From positions 1-55,136 of the forward strand of contig NW_003519547.1 of assembly GCF_000190715.1 (NCBI RefSeq): 55,136 bases of DNA, read 5' to 3'. The translations under genes and the position numbers were made by a program. Origin of the DNA: Dictyostelium purpureum (Eukaryota). This document shows, piece by piece, positions 1-9,385 of this stretch (within the stretch, counting starts at the first letter, position 1; the number at the start of each line of letters is the position of its first letter). The notes under the pieces are model-generated. The model was given only the letters and a program-made list of their open reading frames with translations, was not told the origin of the DNA and searched no databases.

Positions 1-1318
1 TGAAAAAATTTAATATATACTTTTTATTATCAACTGATCCTGATTTATAATTTGATTCAATTGATAATGATGGGGATAGTGAGGTTGATGAGGAGGTTGG
101 AGATAAGGAGACTGTGTTTGTTGTTGGGGTGGATGGGGAAAGAATACTACTATGGTCCATAACATATGGTTTTGGTTCGGAAAGTTGATATTTATCTTTA
201 AGAGATCTAAATTCTTGTTTTAAAGTATTATATTGTTGAGCATTATAGACACTGTTATAGAGAGTGTTCTTTAATTGTTGTAAAAAGATTTTAAGTTCTT
301 CATTGCTCTTTTCTTTTAAATAAGTGTCAAGATATTCGATTATTGAGAACAAAAAGTTTTGGTCTTGGGCAATTTTTTGTTTTAATTGTTGTTGTTGTTG
401 TTGTTGTTGTTGTAATTGTTGGTTTGTTGGGGAAAGCTGAGGTTGGCTTATTGGTAATGGGGTTGGGTTCATTGACTTTGGAATATTAATATTGGCGATA
501 CTGGCAAAGTAAGATGGGACACTACCTGTATTGGTTGGGCTATTTGTAATATTATTATTCATATTGCTATTATAATCGAAACTATAGTTAAAATTTGAAT
601 ACATATTATTTTGATTATTATTATTAAAGTTATTGATATTGTTATTCATGTTCTGGTTATTGAAAACATTTTGATTCATATTATTATTGATATTATTATT
701 CAAATTGTTATTCATATTAGTATTTATATTATTATTCAAATTATTATTATTAAACATATTATGATTTGGTTGCTGATTATAAAAACTATTTTGATTTGGT
801 TGCTGATTATAATTCATTTGATTTGATTGATTTCTCATCATATTTTGATTCATATTCATATTATTTTGATTCATTGGATTATTATTATTATACATATTTT
901 GTTGATTAAATTGATTATTTACCATATTATTGTTGCTATTATTATTATTATTATTCGAACTCATATAGCCAAAATTTTGAGGAGCACTTCCTTTAAATCT
1001 TGGATCAATGTTATTTTGGTTTGATTGCATTTGATTATTTTGGTTGAACTGTCTTTGGTAATTTTGATTTGGTTGCATTTGATTATTTTGATTTTGGAAT
1101 CTATTTTGGTTTTGATTTGATTGAAACTGTTGTGGACCTTTATTCATTTGATTAAATTGGTTATGTTGTAGTTGATGATTTTGTTGTAATGGTATATTTG
1201 GCTTGTTAGCACCACCTTGAGATACTGATACCGGTGATCTTGATGGTGAAGGTATAGATGGTTTGTTTGGTTGTTGTTGTGGTGGTGCAGTTGCTATTGG
1301 TGAAGAAGGCTTAGGTGC

Positions 1319-1358
<40 letters not shown>

Positions 1359-1804
1359 GGTTGGTGTTGTTGGTGTTGTTGTTGTGGTTGGTGTTGTTGG
1401 TGTTGTTGTGGTTGGTGTTGTTGGTGTTGTTGGTGTTGTTGGTGTTGTTGGTGTTGATGGTGATGTTGGTGTTGTTGTTGTTGTGGTTTTTGTGGTTTTT
1501 GTGCTTGTTGTGAAATTGAGGATGAGGACGAGGATGAAGATGAGGACGAGGACGATTTGTTTTTTTTTGGAAATTGAATTGAAATTCTTTGAATTTCTTG
1601 TGATAAATGTTGATGAATTTGAGTTAATAATGCATTGTCAATTAATTCTCTTTCCTTCCAAATGTTATATAGGTGGACAAGTGAACCTTTAGTTGGATCA
1701 TCTACTGATTGGAAAGTGTCAATGTAAATATTTACAATATTTCTTGAAAATAATGAATTGTAAACTCTTTTAACATTTTTATTTAATGAATCGAGCAGAT
1801 ACAT
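1..1804 (-). CDS. Q/H/N/S-rich low-complexity protein; N-terminal ~600 codons only, gene continues past the window start (single open frame from ATG at 1804-1802 down to nt 1).
   Basis: Reverse-strand translation from the ATG at 1802-1804 (in-frame TAG upstream) reads MYLLDSLNKNVKRVYNSLFSRNIVNIYIDTFQSVDDPTKGSLVHLYNIWKERELIDNALLTQIHQHLSQEIQRISIQFPKKNKSSSSSSSS..., followed by (QQHQ)n/poly-Q encoded by CAA/CAC (the plus-strand ttg/gtg repeats at 1318-1500), then poly-N (plus att repeats 600-950), then a non-repetitive C-terminal part (…IIEYLDTYLKEKSNEELKIFLQQLKNTLYNS…). The plus-strand ORFs here are antisense artefacts of the codon repeats. Confidence 0.6.
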
Positions 1805-1978
1805 AGAACATAGTTTGGTAGCTGGCGTTTCACTCTAATAAAAATAAAAAAAAAAAAAACAAAAGAATTAGAAAAATGTTAAAAATTAAATTATATAAAA
1901 AAAAAAATAAAAAAAATTGTGTATATAACTCAAATAACAATAAATAATAATAATGATATAATAATAATAATAATAATA

Positions 1979-2069
1979 TTTATTTTTATTTTTATTTTTA
2001 TTTTTATTTTTATTTTTATTTTTATTTTTATTTTTATTTTTATTTTTATTTTTATTTTTATTTTTATTT
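1979..2069. repeat. (ATTTTT)n microsatellite, ~15 units
   Basis: Direct reading: tatttttatttttattttt... repeated; intergenic between two minus-strand genes. Confidence 0.9.
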
Positions 2070-2245
2070 CGTTTTTTATAAACATATAGTTATATGTATA
2101 AATATAAAAAATGAAACAAATAAAAGATATTATGTTTTGTTTTTAATTTTATTTTATTTGTTGTTTTCGTTTTTTTTTTTTATTTTTTTTTTTTTTTTAT
2201 TTATATTAAACCTGTTATTAAGAAAAAAAATTATATGTTATTTAT

Positions 2246-2512
2246 TTAAATTTTAATTATAGTTACCTCTTTAATTTTATTTTCCCCTAAAGAAACGATT
2301 TGTTCGGCAACAGGGTTGGAGTTAGCGGCCAAACGAGTTAAGTCAGAAATGAGAGTCCCATCATTGTTATTTAAAAGCTTCAATTTTGAAGTAAATAGGC
2401 TAATCCTATCATAGGGTGTACCTCCTTCCATGGTTTTGTTAAAGCTGTGTTCTTGTTGTTTCTTTAATTGATAGTTTGGTGTTAAAATAATTGTACTGTT
2501 ATCTTCTGTCAT
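2246..2512 (-). CDS. Small hypothetical protein, 88 aa (MTEDNSTIILTPNYQLKKQQ...ENKIKEVTIIKI)
   Basis: ATG at 2510-2512, stop at 2246. Codon usage looks non-repetitive and Dictyostelium-like, flanked by poly-A/T intergenic DNA. No family recognised. Confidence 0.45.
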   Translation of the reverse strand: MTEDNSTIILTPNYQLKKQQEHSFNKTMEGGTPYDRISLFTSKLKLLNNNDGTLISDLTRLAANSNPVAEQIVSLGENKIKEVTIIKI

Positions 2513-3052
2513 ATTAAAATTGGAAAAAAAAAAAAAAAAAAATATAATATAATAAAAGCTATTAAAAAATAAATATTATATATTTAAATTATTAATTATT
2601 AATATTATATATATTTATAAATAAAAAAAAAAAAATAAAGATTTTTTTAAAAAAAAAATTAACATATAAAAAAAAATTAATGTTTGAAAAAAAAAAAAAA
2701 AAAATTAAAAAAATTTAAAAAAAAAATTAAAAAAATTTAAAAAAAATAAAAATAAAAAAAAAATTAAAAAAAAAAAAAAAAAAGCTATTTATTAAAATAT
2801 TTTCTTAATAAAATCAAATAAAATATAATAAGTAAAATAAAATATAAATAAAATAAAAAATAAAAATAAATAATTTATATTATTTTATTTAACTTTATTC
2901 CATTGTATTTTATTTTTCTTATTATTTTATATTTTTTCTTAATTATTTTTGTAAAAATTTGTTTTTTTACTTTTTTTTTTTTTATTTATTTTTTAAATTA
3001 AAAAAATTAAAAAATCAAAATCAAAATTTTTATAATTTGTTTTTATAAAAAT

Positions 3053-4282
3053 ATGGATTGTTATAATAAAGTTTTTAATAATTTATTTATCAAAAAAGAA
3101 ATATTTAGACATTTAAATTTATTTAATGTTAATTATTCAAGAAATTTTACAGTACAGGAATTTAAAGAGTTTAAAAGAAAAGATTATTTAATCCAACTTA
3201 AACTACAGCTATGTGAAGATGATATAGAAAAGGATGGGGATTTATTGTTATCATTGGTACCAGATAATGTTGAGTCAATTGTTTTGTCCAGCAAAAGATC
3301 CCAGCATTTTAATGAGGATATATCAATAAAGTTACCAAGCATACCAAATTCTATAAAGAAATTTAAAACTCCCAAATGGTTCATAGGACCATTTCCAAGA
3401 TTTTCAAATGATGGTTTATCAAGTTTAAAGGTTTTGATTCTTGGTGAAAATAATTCATTGGATCAGAAGTTAAACCAACTACCAAGTTCACTAGAGGTGT
3501 TAAAGATTATAGGTTACTTTCATTCAATTGAAAAAGATATATTACCAAACAGCCTAAAACTATTTCATGTAGAGGCCGGAGGCAAAACACCGCTTTTTAT
3601 TGAAAGGAATGCTCTTCCAGATTCGTTGACAGAGTTAAAGGTAGTGGGCTTTACATTACCGTTTGAAGAATCAAGTTTTTTACCAAATAACTTAAAAACA
3701 ATTTCGATTACAAATTATGATATTCAAAAAGTCGAAATTTCAAAACACTTTTTCCCAAGCAGCCATTTAGAAAATTTAGAGATCGTATTTTTATGTGATG
3801 ATAATTTCGATTTTTTACAAACTTTAACCAATTTAAAAACTTTTAAAATTAAACATCATAACCAAAACATTTCAAAATTACCAAAGTCATTATCAACATT
3901 AACTGTAAATTCAAATGCATCAAATTTATACCAACTTAGCACAATAGGATTAAAGCATTTAGAATTTGGTTACTTCTTCAATGCCTTATTGACAAAAGAT
4001 GGGAAGTCTATTTTGCCTCATGAAACTATAGAGAAAATAGAGTTTGGTTTTTTATTTAATCATGAAATCGGGTTAAAGGAATTTATAAATTGCAACCAAC
4101 TAAAAGAAATTCATTTTGGCTTAAACTTTAACCAAAAATTATTACCAAATATATTACCAAAGAATCTTGTGCGTTTATCTTTCAAAGGTTTTAATAATGG
4201 CGACACTCCACTAATAAACAGTGGCGAGTTATTCCCAAAGACTCTCGAGTACTTAAAGTTTGGAAAGTTTTCGATCAGTTAA
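3053..4282 (+). CDS. FNIP-repeat-containing protein (Dictyostelium FNIP/LRR-like repeat family), 409 aa
   Basis: ATG at 3053. Repeated ~22-aa units with the signature L..LP.SL..L.FG..FN(Q)... (e.g. LKHLEFGYFFNALL, IEKIEFGFLFNHEIG, LKEIHFGLNFNQKLLP, LEYLKFGKFS). TAA at 4280-4282. Confidence 0.7.
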   Translation: MDCYNKVFNNLFIKKEIFRHLNLFNVNYSRNFTVQEFKEFKRKDYLIQLKLQLCEDDIEKDGDLLLSLVPDNVESIVLSSKRSQHFNEDISIKLPSIPNSIKKFKTPKWFIGPFPRFSNDGLSSLKVLILGENNSLDQKLNQLPSSLEVLKIIGYFHSIEKDILPNSLKLFHVEAGGKTPLFIERNALPDSLTELKVVGFTLPFEESSFLPNNLKTISITNYDIQKVEISKHFFPSSHLENLEIVFLCDDNFDFLQTLTNLKTFKIKHHNQNISKLPKSLSTLTVNSNASNLYQLSTIGLKHLEFGYFFNALLTKDGKSILPHETIEKIEFGFLFNHEIGLKEFINCNQLKEIHFGLNFNQKLLPNILPKNLVRLSFKGFNNGDTPLINSGELFPKTLEYLKFGKFSIS

Positions 4283-4412
4283 TCGGTGACGCTGTTTAGT
4301 TAATTTACTCAATTTAAAAACATTAAAACTGGGCCCAACTTTTAATCAAGTTATTTTAAAAGATTCTCTACCACCAAATCTCACCTCATTAGAACTCTCA
4401 AATTATCTTTAC

Positions 4413-4964
4413 ATGTATGATTTTGAATTACCTTCACCATCAATTATGGTAAAGGCCAAGTTTTTCAGAAATTCACTGCTCCGAGATTCATGTTTTAAAA
4501 GAATTCTAAATCATATCGAATATGTAGAAAATTCTTATGATGATTATAACCATGTTTTTACCTCTTACCCAAAAAATTTAAAAGTTTTTAAACTTTATTC
4601 CGAATTCAAACACCCTTTGGAAACATTATGTTTAAAAAAAAAATCAAAATTAGAATATTTGGATTTGGGATTTTCATTCAACCAACCAATTTTTAAAGAT
4701 TGTTTACCATTAGAAAATTCAATTAAAGTTTTGGTACTGGGTAAATGTTTCTCACAAAAGATAATATTAAACTGGTTTAGTAATTTAGAAAATTTGGTAA
4801 TATTTGGTGATCCATTGGTTTTATTAAGTGAAGAAGATGAAGGCAAAGAACATTGTTTTGGTTGCCTTAAATATATTTCAACACCTATAAATAATTATAA
4901 ATTTTTAAACAATTTAAATAACATATTTTATCCATTTTTAAAATTTTTAAAAAAAAATAAATAA
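4413..4964 (+). CDS. FNIP-repeat protein, second part. This frame is open from 4290 with no ATG until 4413 and continues the repeat in a different frame from the upstream ORF, so it is either a frame-disrupted continuation (pseudogene or sequencing error) or a tandem paralog.
   Basis: Frame-0 reading from 4290: RCLVNLLNLKTLKLGPTFNQVILKDSLPPNLTSLELSNYLYMYDF...LEYLDLGFSFNQPIFKDCLPLENSIKVLVLG. The FNQPI/FNQVI motifs are the Pfam FNIP hallmark. Stops in all three frames between 4280 and 4299 mean two indels are needed to join this to 3053..4282. Confidence 0.4.
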   Translation: MYDFELPSPSIMVKAKFFRNSLLRDSCFKRILNHIEYVENSYDDYNHVFTSYPKNLKVFKLYSEFKHPLETLCLKKKSKLEYLDLGFSFNQPIFKDCLPLENSIKVLVLGKCFSQKIILNWFSNLENLVIFGDPLVLLSEEDEGKEHCFGCLKYISTPINNYKFLNNLNNIFYPFLKFLKKNK

Positions 4965-5255
4965 AAATATTGTCTCCTTGTTTTATAAACATAAATATAT
5001 TAATATATTAATACAGTATTTTTTTTTTTTTTTTTTATAAATAAATATAGTTAAGATGTTTTGAAATTTATTTTATATTTTTTTGAATTATTGAAATTAA
5101 AATTATTGAAGATAAATAAAAAAAAAAAATTTTTAAAAAAGGGGGTCAAAACTTTTGCGAAATACTGTATTTAAATGTAAAAACAATTTAAAATTTTGAT
5201 AAATTATTTATTTTATATATAAATATAAAAAATAATACAATTGAAGTCATCAGTT

Positions 5256-5341
5256 GCTCCATTAACTCAGTCGGTTAGAGTGAAGTACTTATAGAATAGT
5301 ATGATATGCTTTGGTCCCGAGTTCGATTCTCGGATGGAGCA
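5256..5341 (+). tRNA. tRNA-Ile (anticodon UAU) with a 12-nt intron
   Basis: Cloverleaf folded by hand. Acceptor stem GCTCCAT/ATGGAGC with discriminator A; D-stem ACTC/GAGT with loop AGTCGGTTA; anticodon stem AAGTA/TGCTT (one G-U pair); loop CTTATAA with TAT at positions 34-36; intron GAATAGTATGAT between positions 37 and 38; T-arm CCGAG-TTCGATT-CTCGG. This matches the intron-containing eukaryotic tRNA-Ile(UAU) architecture. Confidence 0.85.
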
Positions 5342-5937
5342 ATACCTTTTAAGAAGCTTTTATCTTTCCGGTGATCTTTCCGGTGATTTGAAATATGTAG
5401 ATGATTTAAAAAAAAAAAAATTAATATAAATATTTTAATCAAGAGATATGCATCGAAACATTCCCACCCAAATTACAGGTTTTTTATTTATTTTGTACTA
5501 TTTTCTACTCTAAAACCACTTTATAAAGAATTTCATCATGATGTTTAAGAATAAAGAACATCTTTAACAATTTCTAATAACAAATATAATTTCCAAAATT
5601 TGATCGGATAAATAACTGTTAGAAGAGCAAAAAGGTTATAATTTTAGAAAATAGACTATAATGCCTCATTTATTTTGCCCCTAATTGAATATGTATAACC
5701 ATTAGAAGATAAACATGGAAAGGATAAGTATGACAATTAGTTTTCAAATGCCACACCAAAACAGTATTAATTCTTTGTTAAAATAAAAATAATAAAAATA
5801 TTTATCTATTACAGTACCCGAGATATATATTTATACCCTGATGATATTAAATATTTATTTTATATTATTTATTTGAACAACCCAAAACAATTGATATTAT
5901 TAATAAATAATTTTTGAATCAAATCCTTATATTTTAA

Positions 5938-5995
5938 TTAGGGAATAAAATTAGTCTAAGTTTGACAAAAAAAAAAAAATTTCTAAGTTTTCCCC
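5938..5995. repeat. Direct-repeat copy 1 of a terminal-repeat-like motif (TTAGGGAATAAAATTAGTCTAAGTTTGAC...A-run...TTTCTAAGTTTT)
   Basis: Near-identical sequence recurs at 6588-6650 in the same orientation. The motif begins TAGGG like hAT/Ac terminal inverted repeats and brackets the hATC coding remnant. Confidence 0.55.
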
Positions 5996-6124
5996 TCACC
6001 CACACCACCCACTTGACTAATTTTTTCATTTTAAAAACTTAAAAAAAAAAAAAAAAAACTTAAAATTACATTATTTTTTTGTATGAAAAAAATTAAAATT
6101 CTTGAGCAATTTTATTTAATCATA

Positions 6125-6476
6125 CTATTTTTGAAATATTTGAATAATAAAAATGACAGAGTTTTCGACAATATCTACTCTTGAAATGTTTACCCATTCC
6201 CTTAATAACACACATTGTTCTATTCTTTCCCAAACCAAATTTGATCTGTTGTCTGTAACCAACAACTTAGCACCCGAAAATGTTCTTTCAATTTCAACGG
6301 ACGAAGAAGCAACTGAAAGTACAATTGAATATAATGTTGGATATTCAATACTATTTTCTTTCCAATTTTTTTTGACTAGATCTTCAATTGAATTTCTATG
6401 ATCTAAACTTTCTTCTAAGTATTTTTGGATTTCTTTATACTTTGAAATATATGTATTTGTTTCTTTTTTTTCAAGG
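6125..6476 (-). mobile_element. Remnant of a hAT-superfamily transposase: C-terminal hATC dimerisation domain, ~115 codons ending at TAG 6125-6127; the 5' part is missing or degenerate.
   Basis: Minus-strand translation: ETNTYISKYKEIQKYLEESLDHRNSIEDLVKKNWKENSIEYPTLYSIVLSVASSSVEIERTFSGAKLLVTDNRSNLVWERIEQCVLLREWVNISRVDIVENSVIFIIQIFQK*. It matches the hATC consensus W...YP.L..lA...L.ip.SS...ER.FS.ag.l.t..R..L....ve.l..l..w. No ATG and stops upstream, so the track only lists antisense plus ORFs (6153..6401, 6388..6594). Confidence 0.7.
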
Positions 6477-6587
6477 GGAATTGAAAATTGAATTAAAGGT
6501 TCATCATAGTTACTCTATACTATCTCTTTGGCAAATTAGGTATCATTTGAAAGATTGTTTTTTTCTCTATATTTTTTTGTTGTATAA

Positions 6588-6650
6588 TAATTAGGGAATA
6601 AAATTTAGTTTATTTTTTGAAAAAAAGGGGTTTCTAAGTTTTTAATTAAA
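6588..6650. repeat. Direct-repeat copy 2 of the TAGGGAATAAAATT... motif
   Basis: ttagggaataaaatttagtttattttttgaaaaaaaggggtttctaagttttt matches 5938-5995. Confidence 0.55.
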
Positions 6651-6689
6651 AGGTGTTCAAAATTTTTATTTATATTCAACAGATGTATA

Positions 6690-7610
6690 TTCTTGAATGT
6701 GTATAATGAAATAAATTTTATAAAATTATGGTAAAAAAAATCCTTATTTGTTTTAATGCTAAATAAACCTTGATTATATTTTAATGATACACAATTGTTG
6801 ATATTTTTATATGCAATTAAATTCTTGATATTTTTAATTATCCATAATATTTGATATATAATGAATGAAACACAATACTTGATAATTTTTAATGATCCAT
6901 AATATTTAATGTTCTTGAATGTAACGCAATACTTGATATGTTTTATTGATCCAATAAAATAATTAATTTATAATTATTATACAATAAATCTTGATTTTAT
7001 TGAATGATCCTATCCAATTGTATATTCTTGAATGAGAATAATAATAATAAATTTTATTAAAAAATAAATTATTGATATGTTTTAATGCTAAAAAACCCTT
7101 GCTATGTTTTGATTATATATATATTAAAGCTTGATATGTTTTAATGCTAAAAAATCCTCTATATGTTTTGATAATATTTTTTTTTTTTTTTTTTTAATGA
7201 TATGCTTTAATAATCTAAAATAATTATTTTGATCCAATAAAAAGATAGCTTTAATGCTAAAAATCCTCGATAGTTTTAATGCTAAAAAATCATTTATATT
7301 TTTTAATGCTAAAAATCTTTTATATGTCTTAATGCTAAAAAATCCTGGATAGCTTTAATGCTAAAAAATCCTCTATAGTTTTAATGCTAAAAAATCTTTT
7401 ATATGTCTTTATAATGATATAAAATTATGGTATCAAAATAAAAAAAAAAAAAACTATAGTTGAATTATAATAATTAAATGCAAAAAAATCCTCGATATGC
7501 TTTAATGCTAAAAAATCATTGATGTGTTTTAATGCTAAAAATCCTCGATATGTTTTAATGCTAAAAAATCCTCGATATTTTTTGATAATATTTTTAATTA
7601 TTTTTTATTT
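6690..7610. repeat. Degenerate tandem array of ~28-31 bp units (core TTGATATGTTTTAATGCTAAAAAATCCTCGATATG and variants with TGATCCA / AATGCTAAA / TTGATAT motifs)
   Basis: Visible periodicity: ...tttaatgctaaaaaatcctcgatatgctttaatgctaaaaaatcattgatgtgttttaatgctaaaaatcctcgatatgttttaatgctaaaaaatcctcgatatttt... (about 30 units). Confidence 0.85.
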
Positions 7611-7619
7611 TTTATACTA

Positions 7620-8060
7620 TTAGCCACTCTTTGTAAAGAGTGTTTCCAGCTCTACCACGGGGAGGTTAGTATATTAGAGCCGAATGGTTAATTATGTATC
7701 CAACCACGCAGAATACATAATTAACCACCACTTACCTGAATGTATATATTTGTGAATTGTTTTTATATATTAGTAGTTAATTATGTATCCCACAACGCAG
7801 AATACATAACTAACCACCATATTGATAATAGAATGAAATGAAATGTAATGGGTGAATAAAAAAACAGCAAATAAATGTAGTGGGTGAGAATATTAGAGCC
7901 GAATGGTTAATTATGTATCCCACCACGCAGAATACATAATTAACCACCATATTGATAATAGAATGAAATGAAATGTAATGGGTAAATAATTAAAATAACA
8001 AATAAATGTAGTGGGTAAAAAAACAACAAATAAATGTAATGGGTGAATAAAAAAACAAAC
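7620..8060. repeat. Complex repeat block: three copies of a perfect 14-bp-stem hairpin (GGTTAATTATGTAT-N13-ATACATAATTAACC) embedded in ~115-bp units, plus repeated AAATAAATGTA(A/G)TGGGT(G/A)A motifs
   Basis: Hairpin copies at ~7686-7727, ~7775-7816 (one arm substitution) and ~7905-7946. The ~115-nt unit gttaattatgtatcccacaacgcagaatacataactaaccaccatattgataatagaatgaaatgaaatgtaatgggtgaataaaaaaacagcaaataaatgtagtgggtga is duplicated at 7775-7890 and 7908-8010. Confidence 0.8.
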
Positions 8061-8229
8061 AAATAAATGTAATGGAAATTTGACTTGACAAAGATAAAAT
8101 TTTTTAATGCACTTGTTTCTTGTTGGTGTTGCTAAATAGTCCTTGGTATATTTGGATATTACACAATAGTTTATATGTTTATTTTTATTTTTATCTATAT
8201 TTATATTCTATTTCTTTCAAATTTGATTT

Positions 8230-8990
8230 CTATACTTGATATTTTTGTGTGATCCATATTACTTAATATTTTTTAAATGCTATATAATATTTGATATTTT
8301 TTATGATCCATAATACTTTTTATTTTATAAATGCTAAATATTTGATACTTTAACATGATCCATATTACTTGATATTTTTGTATGATCCATATTACTTTTT
8401 ATTTTATCAATAATACTTACCAATAATCATTACATTCAATAAAAAAACAAAAGATAATTGATTGAAAACTTAATTGAATGATAAATAATATTTGATATTT
8501 TTTAATGATAAATAATACATGATATTTTTAAAAGATAAATAATACTTGATATTTTTTAATGATAAATAAAACTTTATATGTTTAAATGCTAAATAATACT
8601 TGAAAATTTTAAATGATTCATAATATATGATATTTTTAATGATAAATAAAACTTGATATGTTTAAATGCTAAATAAATATTTAAATGCTAAATATTACTT
8701 GATATTTTAAATGGTAAATAATACTTGATATTTTTGTATGATCCAGGTTATTTGATATTTTTTAAATGCTAAATAATACTCGATATTTGTTTGATCCATA
8801 TTACTTGATATTTTTTATGCTAAATAATATTTTTGATTTCTGTATGATCCAAAATACTTAATCAATTTTTTATTTACTTGTATATTATATATTATAATTG
8901 ATTTTTTTTATTATCACACTACATTTTCCAAAATATTTAATATATTTTTTATTATCACGCTGCATTTTCCAAAATATTTATTTATATTAT
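8230..8990. repeat. Second degenerate tandem array (~30-bp units such as TACTTGATATTTTTGTATGATCCATATTAC and AATGATAAATAATACTTGATATTTTTTAATG), followed by two 40-bp copies of TTTTTTATTATCAC(A/G)CT(A/G)CATTTTCCAAAATATTTA
   Basis: Direct reading; shares the TTGATAT / AATGCTAAAT / TGATCCA motifs with the 6690-7610 array. Confidence 0.8.
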
Positions 8991-9122
8991 TTTTTTTTTT
9001 TTTTTTTTTTTTTCTTTTAATTTTATTTTAAATCAAATATAAATATTTATTAATTTTTAAATAATTTTTTTGAAATTATTTCTTTTTCTTTTTTTTTATA
9101 GCTTTTAATAAAATTTTATATA

Positions 9123-9159
<37 letters not shown>

Positions 9160-9169
9160 GAGGCAAAAA

Positions 9170-9385
9170 AATCATTTTTTTGTTTTTTTGAAAAAAAACC
9201 CCCAAAAGTTTTAAGGCAAAAAAACCCCCGATAGTTTTTTGGCTAAAAAACCCCCGATAGTTTTAAGGGAAAAAAAATCTTTTAATTATTTTAAGGCAAA
9301 AAAACCCTGGAAAGTTTTTTTGCAAAAAAACCCAAGAAGGTTTTAAGCCAAAAAAACCCCCGGGAGCTTTAATGCTAAAAAAATC
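9170..9385. repeat. G/C-substituted version of the tandem unit (TTTTAAGGCAAAAAAACCCCCGATAGTTTT, ~7 units), ending in one canonical AT version (gctttaatgctaaaaaaatc)
   Basis: ggaggcaaaaaaatca...aaaaaaacccccaaaagttttaaggcaaaaaaacccccgatagttttttggctaaaaaacccccgatagttttaagggaaaaaaaatc...gccaaaaaaacccccgggagctttaatgctaaaaaaatc. Confidence 0.8.

Noticed and set aside
611-1692. Plus-strand ORFs 611..826, 827..1024, 1263..1457, 1315..1692, 1319..1513 (poly-I/V/L/C peptides)
   Set aside because: They are antisense reading of the ATT/TTG codon repeats of the minus-strand Q/N-rich gene. The poly-V/L/C/I translations and TTG 'starts' are artefacts.
6153-6594. Plus-strand ORFs 6153..6401 and 6388..6594
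   Set aside because: They lie antisense to the much more convincing hATC-domain reading on the minus strand and have no recognisable motifs.
6690-9385. Tandem ~30-bp repeats as a CRISPR array
   Set aside because: The genome is clearly eukaryotic (spliceosomal introns, Dictyostelium gene families). The units are degenerate and contiguous with no unique spacers, and there are no cas genes.
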